This document shows, in pieces, positions 37,928-47,452 of a stretch of DNA of 64,000 bases. The DNA lies in contig OY762897.2 in the NCBI GenBank assembly GCA_963666515.2, positions 3,840,001 to 3,904,000 on the forward strand, given 5' to 3'. Numbering within the stretch: position 1 is the stretch's first letter; every line of letters starts with the position of its first letter. The notes under the pieces are model-generated. The model was not told where the DNA came from and made no database searches. It saw only the letters and a program-made list of their open reading frames with translations. The DNA is from Candidatus Binatia bacterium (GTDB taxonomy: Bacteria; Desulfobacterota; Binatia; UBA9968; JAJDTQ01). Both the position numbers and the translations under genes were made by a program.

Positions 37928-39139
37928 ATGCAGTATCCCAGGATACTCGGCGACCGGCTGCTCCGGCTTGCGGCGCACTTTCCCGCGGTGGTGGTCACCG
38001 GCGCGCGGCAGGCGGGCAAGACGACCCTGATGCGCGCCACCTTCCCGGATCATCACTACGTTTCCCTGGACCTGCCCACCACGGCCGATCAGGCCGAGCG
38101 CAACCCGGACCTGTTCCTGCACCACCATCCGGCGCCGGTGCTCATCGACGAGGTGCAGTACGCGCCCGGCCTGTTCCGCCACCTCAAGGCGGCCATCGAT
38201 GACCGTCGCCACGACATGGGCCGCTACATCCTCACCGGGAGCCAGAACTTCACGCTGATGAAGGGGATCTCGGACAGTCTTGCCGGCCGTTGCGGGATCG
38301 TGGAGCTGGAAAACCTGGCGTTGCGCGAGATCGACGCCGTGACCCCTCCCGGTGACGACGCGGCCAGCCTCGCCGGACTGATGGCCCGGGGGCAGTTCCC
38401 GGAGCTGTGGCGCGCCCCGGAACTGCCGGCCGCGGATTTCTTCGCCGCCTATCTGGCCACCTACCTCGAACGCGACGTACGGCAGATCCTCAACGTCGCG
38501 AGCCTGCGGGATTTCGAGCGTTTCGTGCGCGTCCTGGCGGCGCGATCGGCGGCCATGCTCAACAAGAGCGACGTCGCCCGGGACACCGGGGTGGCGGTGA
38601 AGACCGTCGGGGAGTGGGTGAGCGTGCTCCAGGCGTCCGGCCAGATCGTGCTGCTGGAACCCTGGCACGTGAGCTTCGGCAAACGCGTGGTGAAGACGCC
38701 CAAGGTCTATTTCCGTGACAGCGGCCTCCTCTGCTTCCTGTTGGGGCTCGACGCCTCCACGCTGCTCGCGTCGCCGGCCCTGGGCGCCGTATGGGAGACC
38801 TTCGTGTTCGCGGAGATGCGCAAGCTGAACGAGGCCGAGTCCGCGCCTGCCAACTTCTGGTACTATCGCGACCAGCGCGGCCAGGAGGTGGACTTCGTGC
38901 GCGACGCCGGCGGCGTCCTCAGCCTCATGGAGTGCAAATGGAGCGAGCGGCCCACCCTGCGCGACGCGCGCGGCCTGCTCCGGGTGAGCGCTGGGCTGGC
39001 TGCATCCAACAGCCCCTGGCGCCCCGGCCCGCACTACGTCATCGGCCGGCCCGCGTCCAGCCATTCCCTCGGCGAAGGCGTGACCGCGGTGGCGTTGCGC
39101 GACCTCCCCGCCATCGTCTCCGGGAACGAGCCCGCCTGA
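37928..39139 (+). CDS. AAA_14 ATPase with DUF4143 C-terminal domain
   Basis: GARQAGKT, IDEVQ, LTGSQ, SLAGR, YLERD, KTPKVYFRDSGL, EVDF...ECK. Confidence 0.88.
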   Translation: MQYPRILGDRLLRLAAHFPAVVVTGARQAGKTTLMRATFPDHHYVSLDLPTTADQAERNPDLFLHHHPAPVLIDEVQYAPGLFRHLKAAIDDRRHDMGRYILTGSQNFTLMKGISDSLAGRCGIVELENLALREIDAVTPPGDDAASLAGLMARGQFPELWRAPELPAADFFAAYLATYLERDVRQILNVASLRDFERFVRVLAARSAAMLNKSDVARDTGVAVKTVGEWVSVLQASGQIVLLEPWHVSFGKRVVKTPKVYFRDSGLLCFLLGLDASTLLASPALGAVWETFVFAEMRKLNEAESAPANFWYYRDQRGQEVDFVRDAGGVLSLMECKWSERPTLRDARGLLRVSAGLAASNSPWRPGPHYVIGRPASSHSLGEGVTAVALRDLPAIVSGNEPA

Positions 39140-39259
39140 CCGGCCGCGCTGGACACCGTTGCCTCTCCGCTTCCAAAGACGTAGTTATGGCATAGCCTGG
39201 AACTACGGCCTCCAGGCGAGACGAGGCCGCCAACGAGAAGCCAATCAGGAGAAACGCAC

Positions 39260-40240
39260 ATGGAATACCGCCAGTTCGGCGCCACCGATTGCAAGGTGTC
39301 GCCCATGGGGCTCGGCTGTCTGAGCATGTCGGGCATGTACGGCGCGGGTGACGACGACGAGTCCATCGCTACCCTGCACCGGGCCTTCGACCTCGGCATC
39401 AACTTCCTCGACACCTCGGCCAGCTACGGCAACGGCCACAACCACGTGCTCATCGGCAAGGCCATCAAGGGGAGGCGCGACCAGGTGGTGATCCATTCCA
39501 AGTCGGGCAGCCCGCGGGCCGCCGACGGCGCCGGCCTCGACGGCGGCAGCTCGCCCGAGTATCTCGTCCAGACCTGCGAGGAGAGCCTCCAGCGGCTGGG
39601 CATCGACTGCCTGGACATCTACTGCATGTCCCGCATCGACCCCGCGGTCCCGGTGGAGGAATCGGTAGGCGGCATGGCGCGGCTGGTGGAGCAGGGCAAG
39701 ACCCGCTACATCGGCCTCTCCGAGGCCAGCGCCGACTCCATTCGCCGCGCGCAAAAGGTCCACCCCGTCGTCTCGCTCCAGATCGAGTACTCGCTGTGGT
39801 CCCGCGACCCCGAGCAGGGCAACATCGAGGCCTGCCGCGAGTTCGGCATGGGCCTCATGGCCTACTCGCCCCTGGGCCGCGGCTTCTTCGCCGGCGCCGT
39901 CCGCAGCCTGAACGAGCTGGGTGAACGCGACGGCCGCCGCAACCAGCCCCGCCTCCAGCCCGGCAACATCGAGAAGAACCTGGAGCTGTTGGCTCAGGTG
40001 GACGAGGTCGCCCGGGACAAGGGCGTCACCACCACCCAGCTCGCCCTGGCCTGGCTCATGGCCCAGGGCCCCGACATCATCCCCATCCCCAGCAGCAAGA
40101 GCCGCGACCACCTGGAAGAGAACGTCAAGGCCGTGGACGTGAAGCTCACCGGCGAGGACCTGGCGCGGCTGGACGCCATCCTCCCCTACGGCGCCGCGGC
40201 CGGCAACCGGACGCGGGACATGAAGCGGGTGAACGTGTAG
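39260..40240 (+). CDS. Aldo/keto reductase
   Basis: GLGC, DTS..YG, SLQRL, GKTRYIGLSE, YSPLGRG, IIPIP. Confidence 0.92.
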   Translation: MEYRQFGATDCKVSPMGLGCLSMSGMYGAGDDDESIATLHRAFDLGINFLDTSASYGNGHNHVLIGKAIKGRRDQVVIHSKSGSPRAADGAGLDGGSSPEYLVQTCEESLQRLGIDCLDIYCMSRIDPAVPVEESVGGMARLVEQGKTRYIGLSEASADSIRRAQKVHPVVSLQIEYSLWSRDPEQGNIEACREFGMGLMAYSPLGRGFFAGAVRSLNELGERDGRRNQPRLQPGNIEKNLELLAQVDEVARDKGVTTTQLALAWLMAQGPDIIPIPSSKSRDHLEENVKAVDVKLTGEDLARLDAILPYGAAAGNRTRDMKRVNV

Positions 40241-40269
40241 TCCGCCGGATGCGGTTCAGTGAGTCCTCC

Positions 40270-43200
40270 ATGATCCGTTTCTTCGTCCGCCACCCCACGG
40301 CTGCAAACCTGGTGATGATCGGGTTCATCCTGGTGGGGCTGGCGTTCGCCGGCACCATCAAGCGCGAGACCTTTCCCGAAATACCGTCCAAGTTGGTGGA
40401 AGTGCAGGTGCGTTTTCCGGGAGCCTCGGCGCTGGACGTGGAAGACGGCATCTGCCTGCGCATCGAGAGCGTGGCGGACGCCATCGACAACCGCGCGGAG
40501 ACCCGTTGCGAGGCTCGGGAAGGGCTGGCGGTGGCCACCCTGGAGATGCGCGAGGGCGGCGACCTCGACCGCTTCCTCGACGACGTCAAGAACCAGGTCG
40601 ACGGCATCCAGGACTTTCCCGACGAGGCCGAGCCGCCGGTGGTGCGGCAACTGGGGCTGAGGGACACGGTTGCGAACATTGCCGTGGCCGGGCCGTTGCA
40701 GCCGGAAGGACTGAAGGCCTACGCGGAACGAGTCAAGGACGACCTGCTGGCGATTCCGGGGGTCGCCCGGGTCCGGCTTCAGGGTTTCTCCCAGCGTCAG
40801 ATCCGCATCGAGGTCCCGGCCTCCACCATGCGCCAGTTCGGGCTCAGCGTGGACGACTTGGCCGATGCCGTAGCCGGCCAGAGCGTGACCCTCCCGGCGG
40901 GGTCGGTGGAGACCCGCGACAGCACGGTGCTGATCCGGTTCGACGACGAACGGCGGAGCCCCCAGGCGTTCGAAGGGCTGGTGGTGGTGGCTTCGGCCAG
41001 CGGCGCCGTGGTCCGGTTGGGGGACATCGCCACCATCACCGACCGATTCGAGCGACTCGGGGAAAAGAACGTCTTCAACGGCCAGCCGGCGGCCTTTCTG
41101 GTCGTGGAGAAGAACCGGGACGACGACATCCTCCACGTCATCGACGAACTCAACGCCTACCTCGAAGATCAGCGCCGCCGCGCGCCGCCGGGCATGGTGT
41201 TCGAGGTCACCCGCGACATCGCCTCCATCGTGCGGGACCGCCTGACCATGCTGTTGAACAACGGCATGCAGGGGCTCGGGCTGGTGTTCCTGGTCCTGTG
41301 GCTGTTCTTCGGGTGGCGCTATTCGTTCTGGGTCACCGCGGGGCTGCCGGTGGCCTTCATGGGCACCGTCGCCGGCATGGCGTTCATCGGCTACTCCTTC
41401 AACATGATCACCATGGTGGCCCTGCTCATCGGCGTCGGCCTGATGATGGACGACGCCATCGTCATCGCGGAGAACATTGCCCGCCATCGCAGCGCCGGGC
41501 GGTCGGTCACGGATGCGGCGGTGGAGGGAACCCGCGAGGTGGCCCCGGGGGTGGTGGCGTCGTTCCTGACCACGGTCGCCGTGTTCGGGGCGCTGGGCTT
41601 TCTCCGGGGCGACATCGGCGCCGTGCTGCGGGTCTTGCCGGTGGTCATAATCCTGACGCTGTCGTTCAGCCTGGTGGAGGCGTTCCTGATCCTGCCGCAC
41701 CACTTGATGGGGACGTTGGAGGCCGTTGGCCCGGCGCGGCCCCGCGGTTTCCGTGCTCGATTCGAGACCGGCCTGGAGCGCTTCGCCGATGGGTTCGTGG
41801 GACGCCTGGTGGATGCCGCGGTGTCGTGGCGCTACCTCACGGTGGGGGTGGTCGCGGGCCTGTTCCTGGCGTCGGTGGCGGTGATGGCCGGCGGCGTGCT
41901 CAAGTTCAAGGTCTTCCCCAGTACCGAGGGCAACATCCTCGAGGCGCGCCTGCTGCTTTCGCAGGGGACGCCGCTGGCCCGCACCGAAGCCGCGGTGGAA
42001 CGGGTGGTGGCGGCCATACGGGCCGTGGACGAGGCCTACGCCGCCGGCCGGGCCGATGGCCGGAAGATGGTCCAAAACATCGGCATTCAGTTCAGCCGCA
42101 ATCTTGATGCCAATGAGTCGGGGGAGCACCTGGCCACCGTCACCGTGGACTTGGTGGGGCCCGAGTCACGCTATGCGTCGCTGGACGAGATCGCCGGCCG
42201 GTGGCGGGACGAGGTGGGGATGCCGCCGGACATGGTTGCGCTGAGCTTCGGGGAGCCGCGCAACCCGGTCTCCGCGAGGCCCATCGACCTCCGTCTGCTG
42301 GGGGACGACGTGGAAGCGCTGAAGGCCGCTTCCGGGGAGTTGTTGGAGTGGCTCCGCGGTTATGACGGCCTGCTCGATCTCTCCGACGACCTGCGCCTCG
42401 GCAAGCCGGAGCTGCGCGTGCGGCTGCGGGAGGGCGCCCTGGTCTTGGGGCTCACCGCGTCCGAGGTGGCGCGGCAGCTTCGGGCGGCGTTCTACGGCCG
42501 CCGCGCCGGCGAGTTCCAGGTCGGGGCGGAGGACTACGAGATCGACATCCGTTTGTCCGGCCGCGACCGGGACAGCCTCGCCGACCTCGGGCGCTTCACC
42601 GTCACCCTGCCGGGCGGAGAGCAGGTGCCGTTGCACACGGTGGCCACGCTGACCTCCGAGCGGGGCTATGGCCGCATTCACCGCATCAACGGCCGCCGCG
42701 CGGTGACCGTCCAGGGTGAGCGGGATTCTACGAGGGCCAATGCCGCGGAGGTTCTCGACGATACGAAGGCGCGGTTTCTGCCCGGGCTTCTGGCCCGGTA
42801 CCCGGGCGTCAGCGTGGGGCTCGAGGGTCAGGCGCGCCAGTCGGAGGAGACCGGGTCGTCGCTGGGGCGCAACTTCCTGGTCGGGCTGGCCGCCATCTTC
42901 CTCCTGCTGAGCTTCCAGTTCCGCAGCTACATCGAACCCCTGGTGGTCATGGCCTCCATTCCCGTGGGCCTCCTGGGGGTGGTCGTCGGGCATCTTGCCC
43001 TGGACCTGGAGCTTTCCATGCCCAGCCTGGTGGGGTACGTCTCCCTTGCGGGTGTGGTGGTCAACAACGCCATCGTGCTGGTGGCCTTCATCAAGATCCA
43101 CCGCCGCGGCGGCGAGTCCGCGGAGGCCGCCTCGCGGCGCGCCGCCCGGCAGCGCTTTCGCGCCATCCTGCTGACCTCGCTGACCACGGTGGCGGGGGTG

Positions 43201-43362
43201 CTTCCGCTCCTCACGGAGACCAGCCTCCAGGCCCAGGTGCTGATCCCGCTGGTGACCAGCCTCGCTTTCGGCTTGGCCGCGTCCACGTTCCAGGTGCTGT
43301 TCCTGGTGCCTGTGCTGTATTCCATCCTGGACGACTTCGGTTGGACCGAGGACGTGAGGTAG
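40270..43362 (+). CDS. RND family efflux permease (AcrB/MdtB-like)
   Basis: About 1030 aa, G..MDDAIVIAENI, GVVVNNAIVL, RFRAILLTSLTT; start 40249 or 40270. Confidence 0.9.
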   Translation: MIRFFVRHPTAANLVMIGFILVGLAFAGTIKRETFPEIPSKLVEVQVRFPGASALDVEDGICLRIESVADAIDNRAETRCEAREGLAVATLEMREGGDLDRFLDDVKNQVDGIQDFPDEAEPPVVRQLGLRDTVANIAVAGPLQPEGLKAYAERVKDDLLAIPGVARVRLQGFSQRQIRIEVPASTMRQFGLSVDDLADAVAGQSVTLPAGSVETRDSTVLIRFDDERRSPQAFEGLVVVASASGAVVRLGDIATITDRFERLGEKNVFNGQPAAFLVVEKNRDDDILHVIDELNAYLEDQRRRAPPGMVFEVTRDIASIVRDRLTMLLNNGMQGLGLVFLVLWLFFGWRYSFWVTAGLPVAFMGTVAGMAFIGYSFNMITMVALLIGVGLMMDDAIVIAENIARHRSAGRSVTDAAVEGTREVAPGVVASFLTTVAVFGALGFLRGDIGAVLRVLPVVIILTLSFSLVEAFLILPHHLMGTLEAVGPARPRGFRARFETGLERFADGFVGRLVDAAVSWRYLTVGVVAGLFLASVAVMAGGVLKFKVFPSTEGNILEARLLLSQGTPLARTEAAVERVVAAIRAVDEAYAAGRADGRKMVQNIGIQFSRNLDANESGEHLATVTVDLVGPESRYASLDEIAGRWRDEVGMPPDMVALSFGEPRNPVSARPIDLRLLGDDVEALKAASGELLEWLRGYDGLLDLSDDLRLGKPELRVRLREGALVLGLTASEVARQLRAAFYGRRAGEFQVGAEDYEIDIRLSGRDRDSLADLGRFTVTLPGGEQVPLHTVATLTSERGYGRIHRINGRRAVTVQGERDSTRANAAEVLDDTKARFLPGLLARYPGVSVGLEGQARQSEETGSSLGRNFLVGLAAIFLLLSFQFRSYIEPLVVMASIPVGLLGVVVGHLALDLELSMPSLVGYVSLAGVVVNNAIVLVAFIKIHRRGGESAEAASRRAARQRFRAILLTSLTTVAGVLPLLTETSLQAQVLIPLVTSLAFGLAASTFQVLFLVPVLYSILDDFGWTEDVR

Positions 43363-43842
43363 TCAAGGCAACAGGAGGTGCCGCTGTACCTTCGGGAGAC
43401 CACTTTGACTGAGTCGCCGGGCTTGAGGGGAATTACGGGAAATTGTGATACTCGAACTGGCAATCCACACGAAACGGCGATTGTCGCTGGCGAAATCGGT
43501 CAGCCGTCGGAGTTCCGGCGCCTCGCCATTCAACCAGTCTTTCAGCCATTGGAGCTTCTTGAGAACAGCAGAAACTTCACTTGTCGTCGCCGAATGAACT
43601 TCGACCCAGATTGCCTGCTCCTTCCCGTGTGTTGGCTTATAGCCGAGACCGTAATCCCACCGCGGTTTAGCGGCGTGGGCTGGCGTTTTCTGGAGTGCTG
43701 AATCAAGATCTATACTCCCGGTCAGCCGCCGTGCATCTGGGCATGTCACACGGCTGCTATACTTCGCCAAAGCCTGTTTCCCGGCACGATAGGCCTCGTT
43801 CACTGGGGAAGGCGCGGTTTCAACAGCCGCCTTGAAGGTCAT
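43363..43842 (-). CDS. Hypothetical protein, possible PD-(D/E)XK-like nuclease fold
   Basis: ATG 43842 overlaps ATPase stop (ATGA); IDLD...RWDYGLGY...AIWVEVH...KKLQWL pattern. Confidence 0.65.
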   Translation of the reverse strand: MTFKAAVETAPSPVNEAYRAGKQALAKYSSRVTCPDARRLTGSIDLDSALQKTPAHAAKPRWDYGLGYKPTHGKEQAIWVEVHSATTSEVSAVLKKLQWLKDWLNGEAPELRRLTDFASDNRRFVWIASSSITISRNSPQARRLSQSGLPKVQRHLLLP

Positions 43843-45002
43843 GACGTTTCGGCCGACCTGCGGGTTGCGACTTCGGCGACTACATCCCCAACCTTGCCGG
43901 AGAATTCGGTGAGTCCACCCCATCCTCCTTCGGCGATGTTGTCCGATCCGGGATCGAGGTCCGATATGTCGTGAACAATGCCGTCGCGTTTGAAATAGTA
44001 GGTTCTGAACGCGCTCTCTAGAGCAGACCCAGCAAGTTCTTTCGTCTTCTTGTTGGAGGCCAAGCCAAGAAGCTTCAGGACATCCCTGGTCTGTCCGCCG
44101 TTCTCCTGGAAGAAGCGTAGCGCCCAAACGACGTCAAGGACATGGGGCGAATGGGTAGAGATGCAGATGCGGTATCCACGCAACCGCAACTCCATGATAA
44201 GATTGAGGACAGCGCCGATTCCGTTCGGATGCAGCCCCGTTTCCGGTTCCTCGATCACAACCCACTCAAGATCGTCGCGTCGCGACACTTTCGACGGTGG
44301 CAAGAGCCAATACAGCCCGAGCAACAGCGGCACGAATTCACGCTGCCCGGCTGACCATACGAGGTATGGCAAGGCCTGAACCATACTTCGGTTCAGAACA
44401 AGCCGGCCTTGGTGTCCCGACGTATCGGTGCGCAACTCGAAACCGCCGAAAATGTGTCTGTCCAACGGTACTCGCAGGGTTTTCGCCAAACGTTGTCGAC
44501 GCGGAAAGACACCTTCATCGAGACCTATTTCGTTTTGCACGATGCCATGGAGTTTTTCGCTGAAGTCCCGCAGGACGAACGGATCGCCGGCCCGGTACTC
44601 CGTGAACGGACGGGTCATTCCGTCGCGTAAGCTCATCACCCGCTGCGCGGGAATGTAGAACAGTTTCTCCGGAGCATCGGATCGACTTGGGCGTGTGTAG
44701 GTCAAGAGATCGGTTGTCTTATGTGCTCGGCCGAGAAACAATCGGCTGTTGTCCTTGGACCAAATGGACGCCATTCCTTCACCGAAATAAAGATCGAAGA
44801 AATTGCTCGCATAACCCCGCTGCGCCAAACCAAAACGCTGCATGGTTTTGTGAATCGCAGGTCTGTCCAAGAGCAATTTCAGAAGTTGGAGGAAGATGCT
44901 TTTTCCGGTCGCCTGCGGCCCTACGAATATTGTAACGTCACCGAGCTGGATATCCGCTTCGGTGACCGGCCCAATATTGGTTGCTCTTAGCCGCTGGATC
45001 AT
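43839..45002 (-). CDS. ABC-type (AAA_15/AAA_21-like) ATPase
   Basis: NIGPV, Walker A GPQATGKS, YIPAQR, signature-like WSAGQ, Walker B VVIEEPETGLHP, H-loop STHS. Confidence 0.88.
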   Translation of the reverse strand: MIQRLRATNIGPVTEADIQLGDVTIFVGPQATGKSIFLQLLKLLLDRPAIHKTMQRFGLAQRGYASNFFDLYFGEGMASIWSKDNSRLFLGRAHKTTDLLTYTRPSRSDAPEKLFYIPAQRVMSLRDGMTRPFTEYRAGDPFVLRDFSEKLHGIVQNEIGLDEGVFPRRQRLAKTLRVPLDRHIFGGFELRTDTSGHQGRLVLNRSMVQALPYLVWSAGQREFVPLLLGLYWLLPPSKVSRRDDLEWVVIEEPETGLHPNGIGAVLNLIMELRLRGYRICISTHSPHVLDVVWALRFFQENGGQTRDVLKLLGLASNKKTKELAGSALESAFRTYYFKRDGIVHDISDLDPGSDNIAEGGWGGLTEFSGKVGDVVAEVATRRSAETS

Positions 45003-45252
45003 GCCTGGACTGCCTCCGTTTCCATGAGCACTACTCCGACAAGCTGAAACCTGCGCCGCAACTTACAGGAAGATCCTCTCGGAAAGCAAGTTGATCACCG
45101 GACGCCCGTCTTTGGTGTGCCTCGCGCAAATCCCTCCCGTTCTGTTGCTTTCTCCAATAACTACGATAGCTTGTTGACTTGTGGGTGCGTGAGATTCGAG
45201 TCACCGGACCGGGCGGACCGGTGCCCGCCCGCCGGTGTCGGAAGGGTGGACG

Positions 45253-47061
45253 ATGCCTACCAGGGAGATCGCCACACTCGGTGACCTGCTCCGGTATCGG
45301 GCGGCGGCGACCCCGGACCGGACCGCCTTCGTGTTCCAGTCCTGGCGCCTGGACGAACCCGACGAGGAAGAGCTGACGTACCGCGGCCTGCTGGCCCGCT
45401 CGCAGGCGGCTGCGGATGCGCTGAAGGCGCGCTGCCGCCGGCGCGACCGTGCCCTGATCCTGTGCCCGCCGGGGCTTGACTACATCGTATCGTTCTTTGC
45501 CTGCCAGCTTGCCGGTCTCGTGGCGGTGCCGGTGTATCCGCCGCGCAACGTCCAGCACATGGGCCGGCTCAGGGCCATCATCGAAGACGCCGGCGCGTCC
45601 GCCATCCTGACTCCGGAGAAGGCGACGGGCCGGCTGATGGACCTGTCCCGCTCCGGCGGCCCGGCCGCGGCCGTTCCGCTCCCGCCCCTGATCGCGGTTG
45701 ACTCCCTGGACGGCGCTGCCGCCGCGGATTCCTCCGGCCGCGCCCCCGGCATCGGCGCCGCCGACCTGACCTACCTGCAGTACACCTCGGGCACCACCGG
45801 AAGACCGAAGGGGGTGATGGTCAGCCATGCCGCCGCCCTGGCGCAGCTCAAGGCCCTCCAGGACCGGCTCCGCCTGGACGAAACGGACGTCGGCGTCTTC
45901 TGGCTGCCGCTGTTCCACGACATGGGCTTGGTGGGGGGGATGTTGCAGCCGCTCTTCAGCGGCTTCCCGTGCTACATGATGGCCCCGACCGCGTTTGCGC
46001 AGCGGCCCATGTCCTGGCTCCGCACCATCTCCAGGGTGCGGGGGACTTTCTCGTACGCTCCGAACTTCGCCTATGACCTATGCGCGTCGGCCTTCGATCC
46101 GGCCGTGCACGGCGACGGACTCGACCTGTCCTGCTGGTCTTTCGCCGGCAACGCTTCGGAAATCGTCCGCGCGGCAACGCTCCAACGGTTTGCCGACCGT
46201 TTCGCCCCGTACGGCTTCGTGGCCGAAAGCCTCTCGCCGTGTTTCGGCCTGGCCGAGTTCACGCTGATCGCCACGGCCCGGACGCGGCGCGTCAAGCCGT
46301 CCGCGCCCGCCGAAACCGCGAGCCGCGACAACGGGCCCGCGGGCGGCGGCGAGCCAGGCGAGCCAAGGGACGCGTCCGGCGGAGCGGTCGGCTGCGGTTC
46401 CATCGTGGACGATCATGCATTGAAGATCGTCGATCCCGACACCGCGGTCGAGTGCGCCGCAGGAGAGACGGGGGAAGTCTGGCTGTCGGGACCCTCCGTA
46501 GCCGGGGGTTATTGGCATCGCGCCGAGGAGACCGAGGCCGCCTTCGGCGCCCGGCTCGCGGAAGAGCCCGGCAGCGGGCCCTGGCTGCGCACCGGAGACA
46601 AGGGCGCGTTGATTGGCGGGGAGTTGCGTCTGCTGGGCCGTTTCAAGGAAATGATCATCGTCCGCGGGCGCAACCACTACGCCCAGGACCTGGAGGAGAG
46701 CGTGGCGGAAGCCTGCCCGGGCCTGAAGCGGGACCGGGCCGCGGCCTTCGGCGTCGTGGTGGACCTGCAGGGCCGCGCCGCGGCGCCGGACGGCGCTCTG
46801 GCCGAGGGCGAGGAGCGGGTGGTGGTCATCCAGGAACTCGACCGCGCCGGCCTGCGCCGCGGGGACACCGGCGCCGCCTGCGACGCCATGCGGCGCGCCA
46901 TCGCCCGCGACCACGAGGTGGAGCCCTACGCGGTGGTGCTGATCAAGCCGGCGACCCTGCCCCGCACGTCGTCGGGCAAGATTGAAAGAACGCGCGCCCG
47001 GACCCTGTTCCTGTCCGGAGGACTGGCCGAAGTGGACCGTTGGCAGCGCCCGGGCGACTGA
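45253..47061 (+). CDS. Fatty acyl-AMP ligase (FAAL)
   Basis: YLQYTSGTTGRPKGV, WLPLFHDMGL, APNFAYD, FGLAE.TL, IIVRGRNHY.QDLE, LPRTSSGKI. Confidence 0.9.
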   Translation: MPTREIATLGDLLRYRAAATPDRTAFVFQSWRLDEPDEEELTYRGLLARSQAAADALKARCRRRDRALILCPPGLDYIVSFFACQLAGLVAVPVYPPRNVQHMGRLRAIIEDAGASAILTPEKATGRLMDLSRSGGPAAAVPLPPLIAVDSLDGAAAADSSGRAPGIGAADLTYLQYTSGTTGRPKGVMVSHAAALAQLKALQDRLRLDETDVGVFWLPLFHDMGLVGGMLQPLFSGFPCYMMAPTAFAQRPMSWLRTISRVRGTFSYAPNFAYDLCASAFDPAVHGDGLDLSCWSFAGNASEIVRAATLQRFADRFAPYGFVAESLSPCFGLAEFTLIATARTRRVKPSAPAETASRDNGPAGGGEPGEPRDASGGAVGCGSIVDDHALKIVDPDTAVECAAGETGEVWLSGPSVAGGYWHRAEETEAAFGARLAEEPGSGPWLRTGDKGALIGGELRLLGRFKEMIIVRGRNHYAQDLEESVAEACPGLKRDRAAAFGVVVDLQGRAAAPDGALAEGEERVVVIQELDRAGLRRGDTGAACDAMRRAIARDHEVEPYAVVLIKPATLPRTSSGKIERTRARTLFLSGGLAEVDRWQRPGD

Positions 47062-47190
47062 ACCATATCATTTTAGATATTGTATTTTTGAATATTGTTA
47101 TGAATTGTGTTCGGTTGTGCTTCAAGATTGGGGTATAATGGCGGTATCTTCTCGATATGTATGAATTTGTTCAGATTTTGTCAGCCGGTA
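47062..47190 (+). promoter_or_regulatory. AT-rich intergenic region with perfect -10 box
   Basis: Strongly AT-rich against the GC-rich flanks; TATAAT at 47134-47139. Confidence 0.5.
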
Positions 47191-47212
47191 TCTGCTCGCG
47201 AGGGAGACCGAG

Positions 47213-47452
47213 ATGAGTGCCGACAGGACTGACCCGAGAACGTTGGAGGCGTGGCTGCGGTCACGGATCGCGGAGGCCGCGGGTCTGCCGTCCGGCGAGG
47301 TGGGTCTGGACCGGGAACTGGCGGAGTTGGGGATCGACTCGCTGCGCGCGGCCCAGGTGGCCGCGGAGATAGAGGAGCGTCTGGGGGCGAGGTTCGACGC
47401 CAGCGAAATCTACGATCACCCGACCATCCGGAGGCTGGCGGCGTACCTGAGC
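47213..47452 (+). other. PKS N-terminal loading ACP
   Basis: LAELGIDSL...[11 protein letters not shown]. Confidence 0.85.

Noticed and set aside
47140-47151. GGCGGTAT resembling an RfaH ops element before the PKS
   Set aside because: Mismatch to GGCGGTAGnnTG and immediately adjacent to the -10 box; no NusG paralog in window.
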